Position numbers and translations under genes: made by a program. A DNA stretch of 61,116 bases, filler included. It is 5 parts of 5 records of this genome, joined end to end, with 100 filler letters (N's around TTAATTAATTAA, not from the genome) between each part and the next. Parts side by side here need not be neighbours in the genome. Positions count along the whole stretch, not along the records: positions 23,795 to 27,443 come from SRR20825010_4712; positions 27,544 to 37,692 come from SRR20825010_4713; 3 more parts are not named here. One strand, given 5' to 3'. Below are positions 26,087-35,301 of the stretch, piece by piece. The notes below the pieces were generated by a model. That model searched no databases and was not told the origin of the DNA. It was given only the letters and a program-made list of their open reading frames with translations. The first letter of the stretch is position 1. The number at the start of each line of letters is the position of its first letter.

Positions 26087-26359
26087 ATGCCGTCAGGAAC
26101 AGTCAAGTGGTTTAATAATGCTAAGGGCTACGGGTTTATTCTGTCATCAGATGGCGTGAGTGATGTCTTTGCCCACTACTCAGCAATCAACATGGAAGGC
26201 TATAAAACCTTAAAAGCTGGCCAAGAAGTGTCATTTGATCTCGCAGAGGGCCAAAAAGGCCTGCATGCCTCCAATATTATGCCTTTGATCAACGACAAAA
26301 AAGAGGTTACCCCGACAGAACCTGAATCCGGTGAACACTCAGAAAATGGAAATGATTAA
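26087..26359 (+). CDS. cspD: Cold-shock domain protein CspD
   Basis: GTVKWFNNAKGYGF, FAHYSAI, GYKTLKAGQ; divergent from clpS. Confidence 0.9.
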   Translation: MPSGTVKWFNNAKGYGFILSSDGVSDVFAHYSAINMEGYKTLKAGQEVSFDLAEGQKGLHASNIMPLINDKKEVTPTEPESGEHSENGND

Positions 26360-26374
26360 TGCCTTCCTGGTCAT

Positions 26375-26412
26375 AAAAAAACCCCCGGCTCATTCCTGAG
26401 CCGGGGGTTTTT
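26375..26412. terminator. Bidirectional intrinsic terminator
   Basis: A7-CCCCCGGCTCA-TTCC-TGAGCCGGGGG-T5 between cspD and icd. Confidence 0.9.
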
Positions 26413-26423
26413 AATAACAAAGC

Positions 26424-27443
26424 TTACATTCTGGCGATCAGCGCATCGCCAAATTGCGATGACGACAACAAGGTTGCGCCATCCATGAGACGCTCAAAGT
26501 CGTATGTGACCTTTTTCTCGGAAATCGCGCCCTCGATCCCTTTGATTATCAAATCAGCGGCTTCATTCCAGCCCATGTGCCGAAGCATCATTTCAGCAGA
26601 GAGAATCAGTGAGCCGGGGTTAACTTTATCCTGGCCAGCGTATTTGGGTGCAGTACCATGGGTAGCCTCAAAAATCGCAATATTATCAGAGAGGTTGGCA
26701 CCCGGGGCTATACCGATACCACCCACCTGAGCAGCAAGCGCGTCCGATAGATAGTCACCATTCAAATTAAGTGTGGCAATGACATCATATTCAGCCGGAC
26801 GCAAAAGAACCTGTTGCAACATCGCATCTGCAATCACTTCCTTGATAACAATTTCTTTACCCGTATTCGGGTTCTTCATGACCTGCCAGGGCCCTCCATC
26901 CAGTGGTTTCGCGCCAAATTCATCTCTGGCCACTTCAAAGCCCCAATCACAAAAAGCACCTTCGGTGAATTTCATGATATTACCCTTGTGAACCAGGGTG
27001 ACAGAAGATTTATCCTGATCAATCGCATATTGAATGGCTTTACTGACCAGGCGTTTGGTGCCCTGTTCTGAAACAGGTTTGACACCGATACCACAATTTT
27101 CCGGGAAGCGGATTTTGGTCACGCCCATTTCATTGCGGAGGAAGTTAATGACTTTTTTGGCTTCATCAGTGCCTGCACGCCACTCAATGCCTGCATAAAT
27201 ATCTTCCGAATTTTCACGGAAGATACACATGTCTACTTCACCTGGTTTTTTGACCGGTGAAGGAACACCCTGGAACCAGCGAACCGGGCGCTGACATACA
27301 TACAAGTCGAGCTCTTGGCGCAGAGCCACATTCAATGAGCGAAAACCTCCACCCACCGGTGTTGTCAATGGACCTTTGATTGAAACACTAAACTCTCTGA
27401 TGGCATCCAGCGTCTCGGCGGGAAACCAGTCACCATCATAAAT
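26424..27443 (-). CDS. icd: NADP-dependent isocitrate dehydrogenase, dimeric (5'-truncated)
   Basis: [40 protein letters not shown]. Confidence 0.96.
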   Translation of the reverse strand: MYDGDWFPAETLDAIREFSVSIKGPLTTPVGGGFRSLNVALRQELDLYVCQRPVRWFQGVPSPVKKPGEVDMCIFRENSEDIYAGIEWRAGTDEAKKVINFLRNEMGVTKIRFPENCGIGVKPVSEQGTKRLVSKAIQYAIDQDKSSVTLVHKGNIMKFTEGAFCDWGFEVARDEFGAKPLDGGPWQVMKNPNTGKEIVIKEVIADAMLQQVLLRPAEYDVIATLNLNGDYLSDALAAQVGGIGIAPGANLSDNIAIFEATHGTAPKYAGQDKVNPGSLILSAEMMLRHMGWNEAADLIIKGIEGAISEKKVTYDFERLMDGATLLSSSQFGDALIARM

Positions 27444-27543
27444 NNNNNNNNNNNNNNNNNNNNNNNNNNNNNNNNNNNNNNNNNNNNTTAATTAATTAAN
27501 NNNNNNNNNNNNNNNNNNNNNNNNNNNNNNNNNNNNNNNNNNN
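27444..27543. other. Artificial contig linker
   Basis: N run + TTAATTAATTAA + N run. Confidence 0.98.
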
Positions 27544-27544
27544 C

Positions 27545-28297
27545 CTGGCGCAACTGCACCAACTGCGTGGCCGCGTGGGCCGATCGCACCACCAGGCCTA
27601 TGCCTACCTGATGGTGAACAACGAGGAAGGCTTGAGCAAAAACGCCGAGCGCCGCCTTGAAGCCATCACCATGATGGAAGACCTTGGCAGCGGTTTTTAT
27701 CTGGCCATGCACGACCTGGAAATTCGTGGAGCAGGCGAAGTGTTGGGTGCCAACCAAAGCGGCAACGTACACGAAGTGGGCTTCCAGATGTACACCGACA
27801 TGCTGAACCACGCTGTGCGCAGTTTGCGTGCTGGCAAAGAACCTGATTTGACCGCGCCGCTGAACGCCACCGTAGAAATTAACTTGCACACGCCGGCTTT
27901 GTTGCCGGAAGATTATTGTCCAGATGTACACGAACGCCTGACCCTGTACAAACGACTGGCCAGCACCGAAGAAATGGACTTTGTTTCGGAAGTACAGGAA
28001 GAACTGATTGACCGCTTTGGAAAATTGCCCGAGGCCGCCACAGCACTGCTGGAAACACACCGCCTGCGCATTTTGGCCAAGCCCTTGGGCATTGCGAAAA
28101 TTGACAGTTCAACCGATGCCACCGTGGTTCAATTCGACGCCCAACCCAATGTGGACGCAGGAAAAATTATTCTGATGATTCAGAAAGAAAAAGACATGAA
28201 ACTGGCTGGTGCTGAACGCTTGCGCATCACGCGCAGTTTTCCAAAAGTAAGCGACCGTGTACAGTTTCTCAAAGGCCTGATTAAACAATTGGTATAG
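27545..28297 (+). CDS. mfd: Transcription-repair coupling factor, C-terminal part (5'-truncated)
   Basis: LAQLHQLRGRVGRSHHQAYAY, HDLEIRGAGEVLG, ERLTLYKRLA, ELIDRFG. Confidence 0.95.
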   Translation: MAQLHQLRGRVGRSHHQAYAYLMVNNEEGLSKNAERRLEAITMMEDLGSGFYLAMHDLEIRGAGEVLGANQSGNVHEVGFQMYTDMLNHAVRSLRAGKEPDLTAPLNATVEINLHTPALLPEDYCPDVHERLTLYKRLASTEEMDFVSEVQEELIDRFGKLPEAATALLETHRLRILAKPLGIAKIDSSTDATVVQFDAQPNVDAGKIILMIQKEKDMKLAGAERLRITRSFPKVSDRVQFLKGLIKQLV

Positions 28298-28301
28298 GCA
28301 A

Positions 28302-29303
28302 ATGAACAGGTACCGCATGCCCAACTGGTGTACCCCTTGGCTCGTGGCGTTTGTCATGGGCATTTTTTCCGCAAACCACAGCGCCTGGGCACAAGCTGAA
28401 TACGACGACGGCATACGCGTTTACAAAGCATTGTTACCCAAAGCCGAGGCTGGTGATGCCGAAGTTCAAACCACGCTGGGCTTGATGCGCCTGCGCGGCG
28501 ATGTGGTGCCGCGCGACCTGAAACTGGCCCGTGTTTGGCTGGGCAAAGCTGCAGTACAAGACCACACCCCGGCCCAATACTATTTGGGCCAGTTGTTGAT
28601 GCTGGACGTGTTCGATGCAAACGCCCGCGACCTGCACAAACAACTGGCTGAAGGCCTGAGCTGGCTTCGCAAGGCTTCACGAGAGCAACACCGCCCCTCG
28701 CAACTGCTTTACGCCAAAACACTGCTGGAAAGTACGCTTGAACACCCGTATGGCCACAACAAAGTTGAAGCAGAGCAACACTTGAATGCTTGCGCAGAAA
28801 CACACCTTCCATGCGCAGAATACGCGCTTGAACGACTGGACCAGGGGCAAACAGAAGCCTATTGCGCCTTGAACGATTTGTGCGAGCAAAAAAGGCGTTT
28901 GCTTTACCAACTGGCCAATGCACAAAACGCCATCGCCCTTTATCGCCTAAGCCACTTTGAAGGCGAAGACCGTATGTTCTGGCTGCGCAGGGCGGCACGC
29001 CTGGGCCACCCGCAAGCCAGCCATGAACTGGCCGACCTGGTGTTGAAAAATGAATTCCCCCTGCAACCCGAAGACCCGGCCGTGCTGGCACTGTTGAATT
29101 CCGCCGCACAACAAGGGAATGCTGAGGCCATGCACCTGCTGGGCAGCCTGCTTTATGAGGGAACGCGATTTCCTGTCAACAAGCCCCTCGGGTTACAATG
29201 GCTGAACCTTGCGGCGCAACGGGGTCACGAACCCTCCAGACAACTCTTGACACAACTTCGAGAGCCAGCCCGTGATATTCCTGCACCAGAGACCACACCA
29301 TGA
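28302..29303 (+). CDS. Exported Sel1-like repeat protein
   Basis: Signal peptide; repeats AEAGDAEVQTTLG, AAVQDHTPAQYYLG, AAQQGNAEAMHLLG. Confidence 0.8.
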   Translation: MNRYRMPNWCTPWLVAFVMGIFSANHSAWAQAEYDDGIRVYKALLPKAEAGDAEVQTTLGLMRLRGDVVPRDLKLARVWLGKAAVQDHTPAQYYLGQLLMLDVFDANARDLHKQLAEGLSWLRKASREQHRPSQLLYAKTLLESTLEHPYGHNKVEAEQHLNACAETHLPCAEYALERLDQGQTEAYCALNDLCEQKRRLLYQLANAQNAIALYRLSHFEGEDRMFWLRRAARLGHPQASHELADLVLKNEFPLQPEDPAVLALLNSAAQQGNAEAMHLLGSLLYEGTRFPVNKPLGLQWLNLAAQRGHEPSRQLLTQLREPARDIPAPETTP

Positions 29304-30172
29304 GCCAACTATTCTTTTCCTCCAGAACACTGACCACAGCACAAGTACACACCGCCCTGGATGCACTGAACTTGCCCGCCTTGGGCGTTGAAGTTGTTGA
29401 CCAACAAGCCTGCATTGAAATTCCGGAAGCCTACACGCTGCCCAAAGCCGCCATTACCGACACCTTGCAGCCTTTGAGCAAAATGCACCACTTTGACTTT
29501 GCAATTTTGGAAGCCGAGTTTCAGGCCAATGAATTCAAGCTTCTGGCCATGGACATGGACAGCACCTTGATTACCATTGAATGCATTGATGAAATTGCTG
29601 ATTATGCGGGCAAGAAAAAAGAGGTATCGGAAATTACTGAAGCCGCCATGCGTGGAGAAATCAAAGACTTTTCCGAAAGCCTGAATCGCCGTGTTGCCCT
29701 GCTAAAGGGTGTTCCGGAAAGTTGCTTGAACGCCGTGTTTGAAGAGCGCCTGCGCCTGTCCCCCGGCGCAGAGGAACTGATTGCCTATGCCAAGGCCAAC
29801 AAATGGAAAACCCTGCTGGTCAGCGGCGGCTTTACCTTTTTCACCGACAAAATGAAAGAAGTGCTTGGGCTGGATTACACCCGGTCCAACACACTTGAAA
29901 TTGTGGAAGGCCATTTAACAGGCCGCGTGCTGGGCACGATTGTTGATGCCGATGTAAAACGCGACACCGTGCTTGAAACCTGCGAAATTCTGGGCTGCGA
30001 CCCTTCGCGTGCCATTGTGGTGGGCGATGGTTCCAACGACCTTAAAATGATGGAAATTGCAGGCGCCAGTGTGGCGTTTCATGCCAAACCAGTGGTGCAG
30101 GAAAAAACAGATTTCTGCATCAACCATGGTGGGCTGGACACCATTTGCAAATGGTTTGAAGCGAATATTTGA
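29300..30172 (+). CDS. serB: Phosphoserine phosphatase
   Basis: MDMDSTLI, ECIDEIA, VSGGF, GDGSND HAD motifs. Confidence 0.94.
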   Translation: MSQLFFSSRTLTTAQVHTALDALNLPALGVEVVDQQACIEIPEAYTLPKAAITDTLQPLSKMHHFDFAILEAEFQANEFKLLAMDMDSTLITIECIDEIADYAGKKKEVSEITEAAMRGEIKDFSESLNRRVALLKGVPESCLNAVFEERLRLSPGAEELIAYAKANKWKTLLVSGGFTFFTDKMKEVLGLDYTRSNTLEIVEGHLTGRVLGTIVDADVKRDTVLETCEILGCDPSRAIVVGDGSNDLKMMEIAGASVAFHAKPVVQEKTDFCINHGGLDTICKWFEANI

Positions 30173-30274
30173 AGCGACATCGGCAAAGCGCCAATATGAA
30201 CTATTCGGCCCAGAAATGAACTTTCTGAAAATTTGAAACAACAAAGTCCAAATTCAAATTTTGGGCCTTGTTGC

Positions 30275-31993
30275 ATGAATTCATCCCAAGAAGCCTCACC
30301 CCTTCTTAAAACAGCGCGAGAGCTAGCTCAACCCTGGCTTGTCGCATTGCTCGCATTCAGTGCAGCAATCAACCTTCTGGCATTGACACCCAGCATTTAC
30401 ATGATGCAGGTTTATGACCGGGTGTTAACCAGCCAAAGCCACACCACCCTGTTGGCGTTAACCGCATTAATTATTGGCATGTACGTGCTTGCAGCCACAC
30501 TGGAGCACCACCGAGCCGCCACCCTGACACGAATTGGAAACACCCTTGAACAACAATTCATCGCCAGGCTGCACACTGCCGCCTTTCAACGCGCATTAAA
30601 AACCCAGGGTAAAGACAACACCGGGCAAGCCATTCGCGATTTCACGGTGATTCGTCAATTCATGACCAGCCAGGGTGCAGTTGCCTTGTTCGACACACCC
30701 TGGGTGTTGTTTTATGTCGCACTGCTGTTTGCATTTCACCCTTTGTTCGGCGTGATGGCACTGTGCTGCGTCGCGGTGTCGATCGCATTAAGCTGCTTGC
30801 ACCTGCGCAGCACCCGTCCACACGAGGAACAAAGCAACTCAGTGGGAATTCTGAGCGCAAACACCATGAATTCCACCCTGCAACATGCAAACTCCATTCA
30901 AGCCATGGGCATGCTGCCCACCATTCAAACAGAATGGTTGAACATTCAAAATCGACAAACCAGCCATCAGACCGGGGCTGCCGATGCCTCCTCCATATGG
31001 ACCAACAGCAGCAAATACTTCCGCATGTTTGTTCAAAGCGCAGCACTTGGGCTTGGTGCGTACTTGGTACTGAACCAATCACTGAGCGGCGGAATGATGA
31101 TCGCCGCCTCCATTTTAATGGGCAAGGCGCTAGCCCCGGTCGACATGCTGGCCAGCGCGGGCAAAGCATTGACAGGCGCGCGCCAGGCGCATGAACGCTT
31201 GAAGCGGCTGCTCAACAGCAACCCGCCAGCCCATGAATTAACCGATTTACCTACGCCCAAACCCGGTATTGAATGCCGTCAGGTTTACGTGGCAGCGCCA
31301 TTGTCCGGGCAATGGCTTTTAAAAAACATTCAGCTACAAGTACCTGCTGGCAGCACGGTGGGCGTGATCGGCCCCAGTGGATCCGGTAAAACCAGCCTGC
31401 TTCATGCACTGGCAGGCATACTGCCAGTGGCGCAGGGTCGTCTCGAAATTGACGGGGCAGACATTGCGCAATACCCGCGCAGCCAATTGGGCGCATGGAC
31501 CGGTTACCTGGCGCAGCATGTCGAACTGTTTGAAGGCACGGTTGCACAAAACATTGGCCGCTTTGAGCGCGACAATGATCAAGCCATTGTGGAAGCCGCA
31601 ATGGCTGCGGGCGTACACCAGCTTGTACTGAAATTATCCAAAGGCTACGACACACCACTGGGCGCACAAGGCGAAGGCCTTTCAGGCGGCATGCGGCAAC
31701 GCATAGGCCTTGCCCGCGCCTTGTACAAAAACCCGCAACTGTTGCTGCTGGATGAACCCAATGCCCACCTTGACGAAGCGGGAGAAGCAGCGCTGGCCAA
31801 AGCTATTTTGCACCATCAACAACAAGGCAAAACGGCAATTCTGGTGACCCACAAAAAATCGATTCTGCGGGTTTGCAGCAAACTGCTGGTTCTTCACGAG
31901 GGTGAAGTGTCCGTGTACGGAAACACACCCGAAGTACTTGCACACCTGCAACAACAAAACCCCACGCAGCTGACCAGGGTAAAACATGCATAA
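30275..31993 (+). CDS. Type I secretion ABC permease/ATPase, PrtD/AprD-type (no C39-like domain seen; start uncertain)
   Basis: YMMQVYDRVL, FDTPW, MIAASILMG, GPSGSGKT, LSGGMRQRIGLARA, LDEPN. Confidence 0.93.
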   Translation: MNSSQEASPLLKTARELAQPWLVALLAFSAAINLLALTPSIYMMQVYDRVLTSQSHTTLLALTALIIGMYVLAATLEHHRAATLTRIGNTLEQQFIARLHTAAFQRALKTQGKDNTGQAIRDFTVIRQFMTSQGAVALFDTPWVLFYVALLFAFHPLFGVMALCCVAVSIALSCLHLRSTRPHEEQSNSVGILSANTMNSTLQHANSIQAMGMLPTIQTEWLNIQNRQTSHQTGAADASSIWTNSSKYFRMFVQSAALGLGAYLVLNQSLSGGMMIAASILMGKALAPVDMLASAGKALTGARQAHERLKRLLNSNPPAHELTDLPTPKPGIECRQVYVAAPLSGQWLLKNIQLQVPAGSTVGVIGPSGSGKTSLLHALAGILPVAQGRLEIDGADIAQYPRSQLGAWTGYLAQHVELFEGTVAQNIGRFERDNDQAIVEAAMAAGVHQLVLKLSKGYDTPLGAQGEGLSGGMRQRIGLARALYKNPQLLLLDEPNAHLDEAGEAALAKAILHHQQQGKTAILVTHKKSILRVCSKLLVLHEGEVSVYGNTPEVLAHLQQQNPTQLTRVKHA

Positions 31994-33278
31994 CGAGCTC
32001 GATATAAAAAAGGTGTCCCGACGGGGCATGATCACCCTGCTTGTGGGATTCATCGGCTTTTTGGTGTGGGGTAGCCTGGTCGCCATGGACCGGGGTGTTG
32101 TGGTCACCGGAACCCTCACCTTCCAGGGGGAACGTAAAACAATCGTTCACCCCCACGGCGGCGTGATTGAAAAAATATGGATCAGCGAGGGCCAATTGGT
32201 GCAACAAGGGCAAACACTGGTCAGCCTGGACACAACGGACAGCCAGGCGCAAATCAATGCCCTGCAGGTTCAACGCCAGGCACTGAACGCAAAAATTGAG
32301 CGCCTTCACAAAGAAACGGGCCACAAACCCGGTAAATCACTTACACCAACTGAAAAGCACAAGGCCCCGGATCAGTTTCAAACCAGGCAACATGAAACCG
32401 AGACCCTGCTTTACAAAACCCGGCAACGCAGCCTGCAAAATGAAATCCGCATGCTGGAAGTGGAAAGCAAAACTGCACAACAAAGCCTGCTTGCCCTGCG
32501 CGAGGCACAACGCAACAAACAAGTTCAACTGGCCAGGCTGAACACACAGCAAAACGGGCTTGAAGACATGGTGGCAAAAGGCTACATGCCGGTCAACCGG
32601 CTTGTGGAACTTCAAGGGCAAATCACCACGCTTGAGGTGGCACTGGCTCAAGACGACATTCAGATCAGCCAGCTTTCCGGTCAAACCAACAACGCACAAC
32701 TAAAAAAGCAGCAACTGCACAACCAGCTGCAAACCGAAAGCCAAACCATATTGGCCGAAGCACAAACCGAACTGGCCGCGCTGGATGAACAAATTCAACG
32801 CACGGCCTTTGTACTGCAACACACCAACGTTACAAGCCCGGTGGCTGGGCAAGTGCTGGGGCTGAAACTGTTTACACAGGGCAGTGCCATGCCGGCAAAC
32901 ACCCCCATCATGGACATTGCCCCCAGCAACGGGCCACTTGAAATTAGTGCAGAACTGGAACCCGGGCTGGTGGATCAGGTAAAAACCGGGCAAGCGGTTA
33001 CAGTTCGCTTCAGCGCATTAAAAACCGCACAAACACTGGAAGTTGAAGGTGTACTGGACCATGTTGGCGCAGACCAGCTGACCAACCCAGCCACAGGCAT
33101 TGCCTACATTCCCGTGAAAATTCACCTTGACCCACAGGCCTTGCAACACATTGCACAGCATCGCATACAGGCCGGTGTGCCAGTTGAATTGCTGGTGGTA
33201 ACAGGCGAACAAACCCTGATGCAGTACCTGTTCAAACCGATATCAGACCGGCTTTTCAGCGCCATGCGGGAGCACTAA
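31986..33278 (+). CDS. HlyD-family type I secretion membrane fusion protein
   Basis: N-terminal TM, HPHGGVI, long coiled coil, SPVAGQV, AGVPVE, YLFKP. Confidence 0.92.
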   Translation: MHNELDIKKVSRRGMITLLVGFIGFLVWGSLVAMDRGVVVTGTLTFQGERKTIVHPHGGVIEKIWISEGQLVQQGQTLVSLDTTDSQAQINALQVQRQALNAKIERLHKETGHKPGKSLTPTEKHKAPDQFQTRQHETETLLYKTRQRSLQNEIRMLEVESKTAQQSLLALREAQRNKQVQLARLNTQQNGLEDMVAKGYMPVNRLVELQGQITTLEVALAQDDIQISQLSGQTNNAQLKKQQLHNQLQTESQTILAEAQTELAALDEQIQRTAFVLQHTNVTSPVAGQVLGLKLFTQGSAMPANTPIMDIAPSNGPLEISAELEPGLVDQVKTGQAVTVRFSALKTAQTLEVEGVLDHVGADQLTNPATGIAYIPVKIHLDPQALQHIAQHRIQAGVPVELLVVTGEQTLMQYLFKPISDRLFSAMREH

Positions 33279-33282
33279 CACC

Positions 33283-34602
33283 ATGGCGAATATTTTAAAA
33301 CGGTTGATGATTGTGTTGTGCTGGTGTGCACTTGCACCCCCTGCGTTTGCCCAAAGTATTGAACAACTGCTGCAGCAAGCCGTTGAAACATCGCCTGACG
33401 TGGCCAAGGCCAAAGCGCAATTGCTGGTTGCACAGGCTGACCTGAAAATAAGCAAATCCGCCTGGCTTCCCCAGGCAAGCGCCAGGTTATACAACGGCGT
33501 GGGCGACACCAAGCAATCCAACCCGTTTTCCAGCCAGCGCAATGCCAATGAGAACATTCAGAACAACAGCGTTTCTGTTCAACAAAATATCTACAACAGA
33601 CCCGCTTCCGTTCAAATTGAACAAACGCAACTAACCGTGCAAGAAGCTGAGCTTCGCCACGCCGTGGCCATTCAAGGCGCCATTCAAAACTGGATGGAAA
33701 AATTGATGCAATGCAAGCAAGGCAGCCTGACCTTGAAGCTGGCCGAACAAAAAGCACAGACCGCATTGCTGAAAAAAACACAAACCGAGCACGGCTTGAA
33801 ACATGGAGAAAGCAGCGCGCTGGAATTGGCCAGCTCGATGACCGAACTTTCCCTGCGCCAAGCCGAACTTGAAGAAACAAGGCACGTACTTGCGCAAAAG
33901 TTGTGGGAAATTTCGCAACTGACAGGCCAAACAATCGAGGCAAGCCGCATCGAACAACTGGAATTCACGCCACCGGGGAAATTGATCAGCGACCTTGAAA
34001 TTGAACACCGCATACTTCGACAAAACCTGAACCTGAAAATTCAACACCTGTACACCGACGTTGCCGAACTGGAAATTGACAAAGCCAGCGGGCAACACTA
34101 CCCCACAGTGAAACTGGTGGCACAGAACACCCAAAGCCAATCTGAAACAGCCAGCACCTTGGGCAACCGGGTGAAACAAAACGTGGTGGCACTTCAAGTG
34201 GACATTCCCCTGTTCAATGGCTTTGCCACCCAGGCGCAAACAGAAAAAGCATCGGCCAGTTTGAATAAACAACAGGCCGATTACGACAACACCCTTAACC
34301 AAGCCATGCGGGAAGCATGGAATGCAAGCAGGCAACTGATTGGCGCAACCGAATTGTTAACGGCCTATGGGCAGGCAATGGAATCAGCCACACAGCAACA
34401 ACAAGCCATTGAAACTGCGATTAAGCACCAATTGGCCACGCCACTTGATTTGGCACAAACCAAAGAAAAACTGGCTGAACTGCAATTAAAGAAACTTGAA
34501 TATGTGCTGGCAGCAAACAAAGCTTATTTGCTGATTCAGGAATTGATTGGGGAGCTGAATGTGGGAAATGCAGCAGAAAGACTCTCAGCGTTCGGAAAGT
34601 AA
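33283..34602 (+). CDS. TolC-family outer membrane channel
   Basis: Signal peptide, two OEP repeats (WLPQ, HYPTV, IPLFNG), position after ABC and MFP. Confidence 0.88.
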   Translation: MANILKRLMIVLCWCALAPPAFAQSIEQLLQQAVETSPDVAKAKAQLLVAQADLKISKSAWLPQASARLYNGVGDTKQSNPFSSQRNANENIQNNSVSVQQNIYNRPASVQIEQTQLTVQEAELRHAVAIQGAIQNWMEKLMQCKQGSLTLKLAEQKAQTALLKKTQTEHGLKHGESSALELASSMTELSLRQAELEETRHVLAQKLWEISQLTGQTIEASRIEQLEFTPPGKLISDLEIEHRILRQNLNLKIQHLYTDVAELEIDKASGQHYPTVKLVAQNTQSQSETASTLGNRVKQNVVALQVDIPLFNGFATQAQTEKASASLNKQQADYDNTLNQAMREAWNASRQLIGATELLTAYGQAMESATQQQQAIETAIKHQLATPLDLAQTKEKLAELQLKKLEYVLAANKAYLLIQELIGELNVGNAAERLSAFGK

Positions 34603-34618
34603 TAACGAGGTAAGCATG

Positions 34619-34645
34619 AATAGTGGGGGTAGCTTCACTATTTTT
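34619..34645 (+). terminator. Probable intrinsic terminator after the TolC gene
   Basis: AATAGTGGGG-GTAG-CTTCACTATT (two G-U pairs) followed by T run. Confidence 0.55.
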
Positions 34646-34878
34646 GTGGTTTGGCGATGAAATAGTAGTCTTGTGAAACACTAATCCGTCATTTCTGGGG
34701 ACAGAAAAAATATGATGAGGCGGCTGCAAGGTGGCGCGGCAATTATTCGCTTCAGCTATGGAGAAATACAATTAATTATAATTTATTTACAAATGTTATT
34801 TTTTAATGACCAAATATTGAAAAATTCATTTTTTATATGAATTTAATTTACCAAAAAAACATCGAGGAAAATAAAAAT

Positions 34879-35301
34879 ATGCTTGACTCAACAACAAAAC
34901 CAAAAACTTTATTACTTATTGCCTCAATAATTTTCAGCATCACAGGTTTTTTAGCCCTATCAGACGTTCGCTTTGCTGAAGAACCAATACGTGAGATTTC
35001 TGGAATATTAAGCTCTGACTCAAAAAAAAGACCAAACAATATAATTGTTTCCGGAAAATATGGTCATTTTAACTGTCCGATCAGAATATGTGTTTACAAC
35101 AACTGGAGAAATGATCTTGGAAAGAATGTCACTGCATTCATTGGAAAAAGCGGAAATGTTGTTGAGTTGCGCATCAACGGAATAAAAAAAATCAATAAGA
35201 AATACATTTTTTTTAAATCAATTGAAAATGGGGTTTTCTTTTTGGTCCCAGCATTGTTAATGTGGATATTTTTTATATTATTTAACAGGAAGAACAAATG
35301 A
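34879..35301 (+). CDS. Small AT-rich two-TM membrane protein; candidate immunity/partner protein
   Basis: Hydrophobic segments at both ends, central loop with CPIRIC, GAGG upstream of ATG 34879 (ORF extends to 34837), ATGA overlap with the RTX gene. Confidence 0.7.
   Translation: MLDSTTKPKTLLLIASIIFSITGFLALSDVRFAEEPIREISGILSSDSKKRPNNIIVSGKYGHFNCPIRICVYNNWRNDLGKNVTAFIGKSGNVVELRINGIKKINKKYIFFKSIENGVFFLVPALLMWIFFILFNRKNK

Noticed and set aside
23795-27443. clpA-clpS-cspD-icd cluster as something unusual
   Set aside because: Well-known conserved gammaproteobacterial arrangement.
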